A stretch of 52,936 nucleotides of DNA. It comes from Chiloscyllium plagiosum. Its lineage: Eukaryota. Of the stretch, positions 51,663-52,936 are shown piece by piece. Position numbers and translations under genes: made by a program. The stretch is from contig NC_057759.1 in NCBI RefSeq assembly GCF_004010195.1, positions 5,921,019 through 5,973,954 on the forward strand, read 5' to 3'. The notes under the pieces are model-generated. The model had not been told where the DNA came from, ran no database searches, and saw only the letters and a program-made list of their open reading frames with translations. The first letter of the stretch is position 1; the number at the start of each line of letters is the position of its first letter.

Positions 51663-51962
51663 CTGGTTCAGTGAGGTTGATGGAATTCCTGGTCACATTA
51701 AATATCGTTCCAACCCCTGTTGATTGCGACGCACTGGTACCTGCCTTGGTGCTGGGACTGGAAGGACTCAATGGCCAGCTCTCTCCTGTCTGAGCTAAAG
51801 TTGTAATTCCCGCTGGCATTGTTCAAGGCTTATCTTTGTAAGTACCATTGAAAGTACGGTCCTGTACATCGACACAAAACACACACTCTGGAACAAGACG
51901 ATTCCCAAGTGGATCCTCCATTTTATTGATTCTGGGGGTGAGGAAAATCCCAGCAACAGGAA
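51663..51962 (-). pseudogene. Ig-domain exon of the FCRL-like gene (300 nt, phase 1-1; two compensating frameshifts and a stop)
   Basis: VPVAGIFLTP...GNRLVPEC / TGPYFQWYLQR*ALNNASGNYNFSSDRRELAIESFQSQHQGRYQCVAINRG / TIFNVTRNSINLTEP; canonical Cys, Trp and G-x-Y-x-C. Confidence 0.85.
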
Positions 51963-52204
51963 CTGGAACAAAACAAGACAAAGAGGAAATAAAAGATTGG
52001 ATGTTGAAATTGTCTTGTTTTCCCACAGATGTTAACTTCTATGACAGGATAATAACTAACAGAAAGGAGAAATAAAACAACTGAGATTTCACATCGTTGC
52101 AAAGTCTCCATCTGTTGTAAAATCTACACTTCGAAAGATTTGTGTTAACTATGGATGGTCAAATGGAACATCATCCAACCATTGCCTCCTGATGTTCAAT
52201 GGTA

Positions 52205-52412
52205 TTACCAACACAGTCCCCAACCCCTGCAATGTCAAATCTTGGGGGTTACTGTCACTGTCTCCACCCCCCACAGAAAGAACATCCTGGGGGTTACCGT
52301 CACTGTCCCCACCCACACCGTCAACATCCTGAGGATTACTATAACAGTCCACCCCACCACACTGTCAACATCCTGGGGGTTGGCATCACTGTCCCCATCC
52401 CACACCCCACTT
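52205..52412 (+). repeat. Short tandem array, ~41-44-bp unit, about 4-5 copies
   Basis: tgtcaacatcctgggggttac.gtcactgtccccaccc repeated. Confidence 0.8.
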
Positions 52413-52477
52413 TGATCATCATCAATGCCAGTCAAAAGCAACCACATCTTTGTTTTCTAATACCATACTCCCAGTCG

Positions 52478-52820
52478 TAAGGTCACAGAACAGAAATAGG
52501 CCCTTCAGCCCAACACATCTCTGCTGACCAGGTCCCCAAACGGAACTAGTCCATTTGCTTGTGTTTGGCCCATATCCGTCAAAACCTTTCCTATCCATGT
52601 ATCTTTCCAAATGCCTCTGAAAGGTTGTTACTGTACCAACTTCTACCACTTCCTCTTGCAGTTCATTCCAAATACACACCACCCTCTATGTGAAAAAGTT
52701 AACCCTCAGGTCACTTTTTAAAAATCTTTCCCCTTTCACCCTAAACCACTGCCCTCTAGTTTTGGACTCCCTGCCCTGGGGAAAAAAGACCTTGGCTACT
52801 CACCTTATCCAAGCCCCTAT
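52478..52820 (-). mobile_element. CR1 3' end
   Basis: WNELQEEVVEVGTVTTFQRHLERYM. Confidence 0.85.
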
Positions 52821-52936
52821 TTCTGCAACAATATACATATGAAACATCAAGAACCACTTAATCTGACTCTAGCCTTGGATTGGAAGTGCACATCTAAATC
52901 GTTCTTCGATGTGATGAGGATTTCTGCCTCTCCCAC

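Larger units (their letters stand above)
38359..51962 (-). pseudogene. Fc-receptor-like (FCRL-type) Ig-superfamily receptor, 3' part, pseudogenised; further Ig exons expected beyond the right edge
   Basis: Exons with splice sites: Ig 51962-51663, TM 50639-50517, cytoplasmic 49548-49518, 46601-46516, 43482-43417, 41405-41344 (weak donor), 40498-40451, terminal 38535-38359 with ITYTTL. Frameshifts or stops in the Ig and last exons. Confidence 0.75.

Overview
Eukaryotic, repeat-dense genomic DNA from a shark or ray, inferred from HE1-type V-SINEs, CR1 LINEs and shark-type histone N-termini. It is the edge of a replication-dependent histone cluster: the 5' end and promoter of an H1 gene (minus strand, left edge), a frameshifted H2B and an intact H2A, both with 3' stem-loops. 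The right third hides a decayed minus-strand Fc-receptor-like gene (Ig exon, TM exon, several tyrosine-motif cytoplasmic exons) that the ORF track only partly shows. Most of the remainder is nested CR1/L2/Rex LINE fragments, SINEs, Penelope-like fragments with minimal hammerhead ribozyme motifs, LTR remnants (one Gmr1-like) and a dispersed ~49-bp minisatellite. The most striking feature is a ~0.92-kb stack of polyadenylated 3' fragments of a Tx1-like retrotransposon sitting exactly at the H2B TATA box, with the TATA-containing target repeated at the junctions. This is a candidate histone-promoter-targeting retrotransposon. Repeat family names are from recognition, not database searches; repeat boundaries are approximate.
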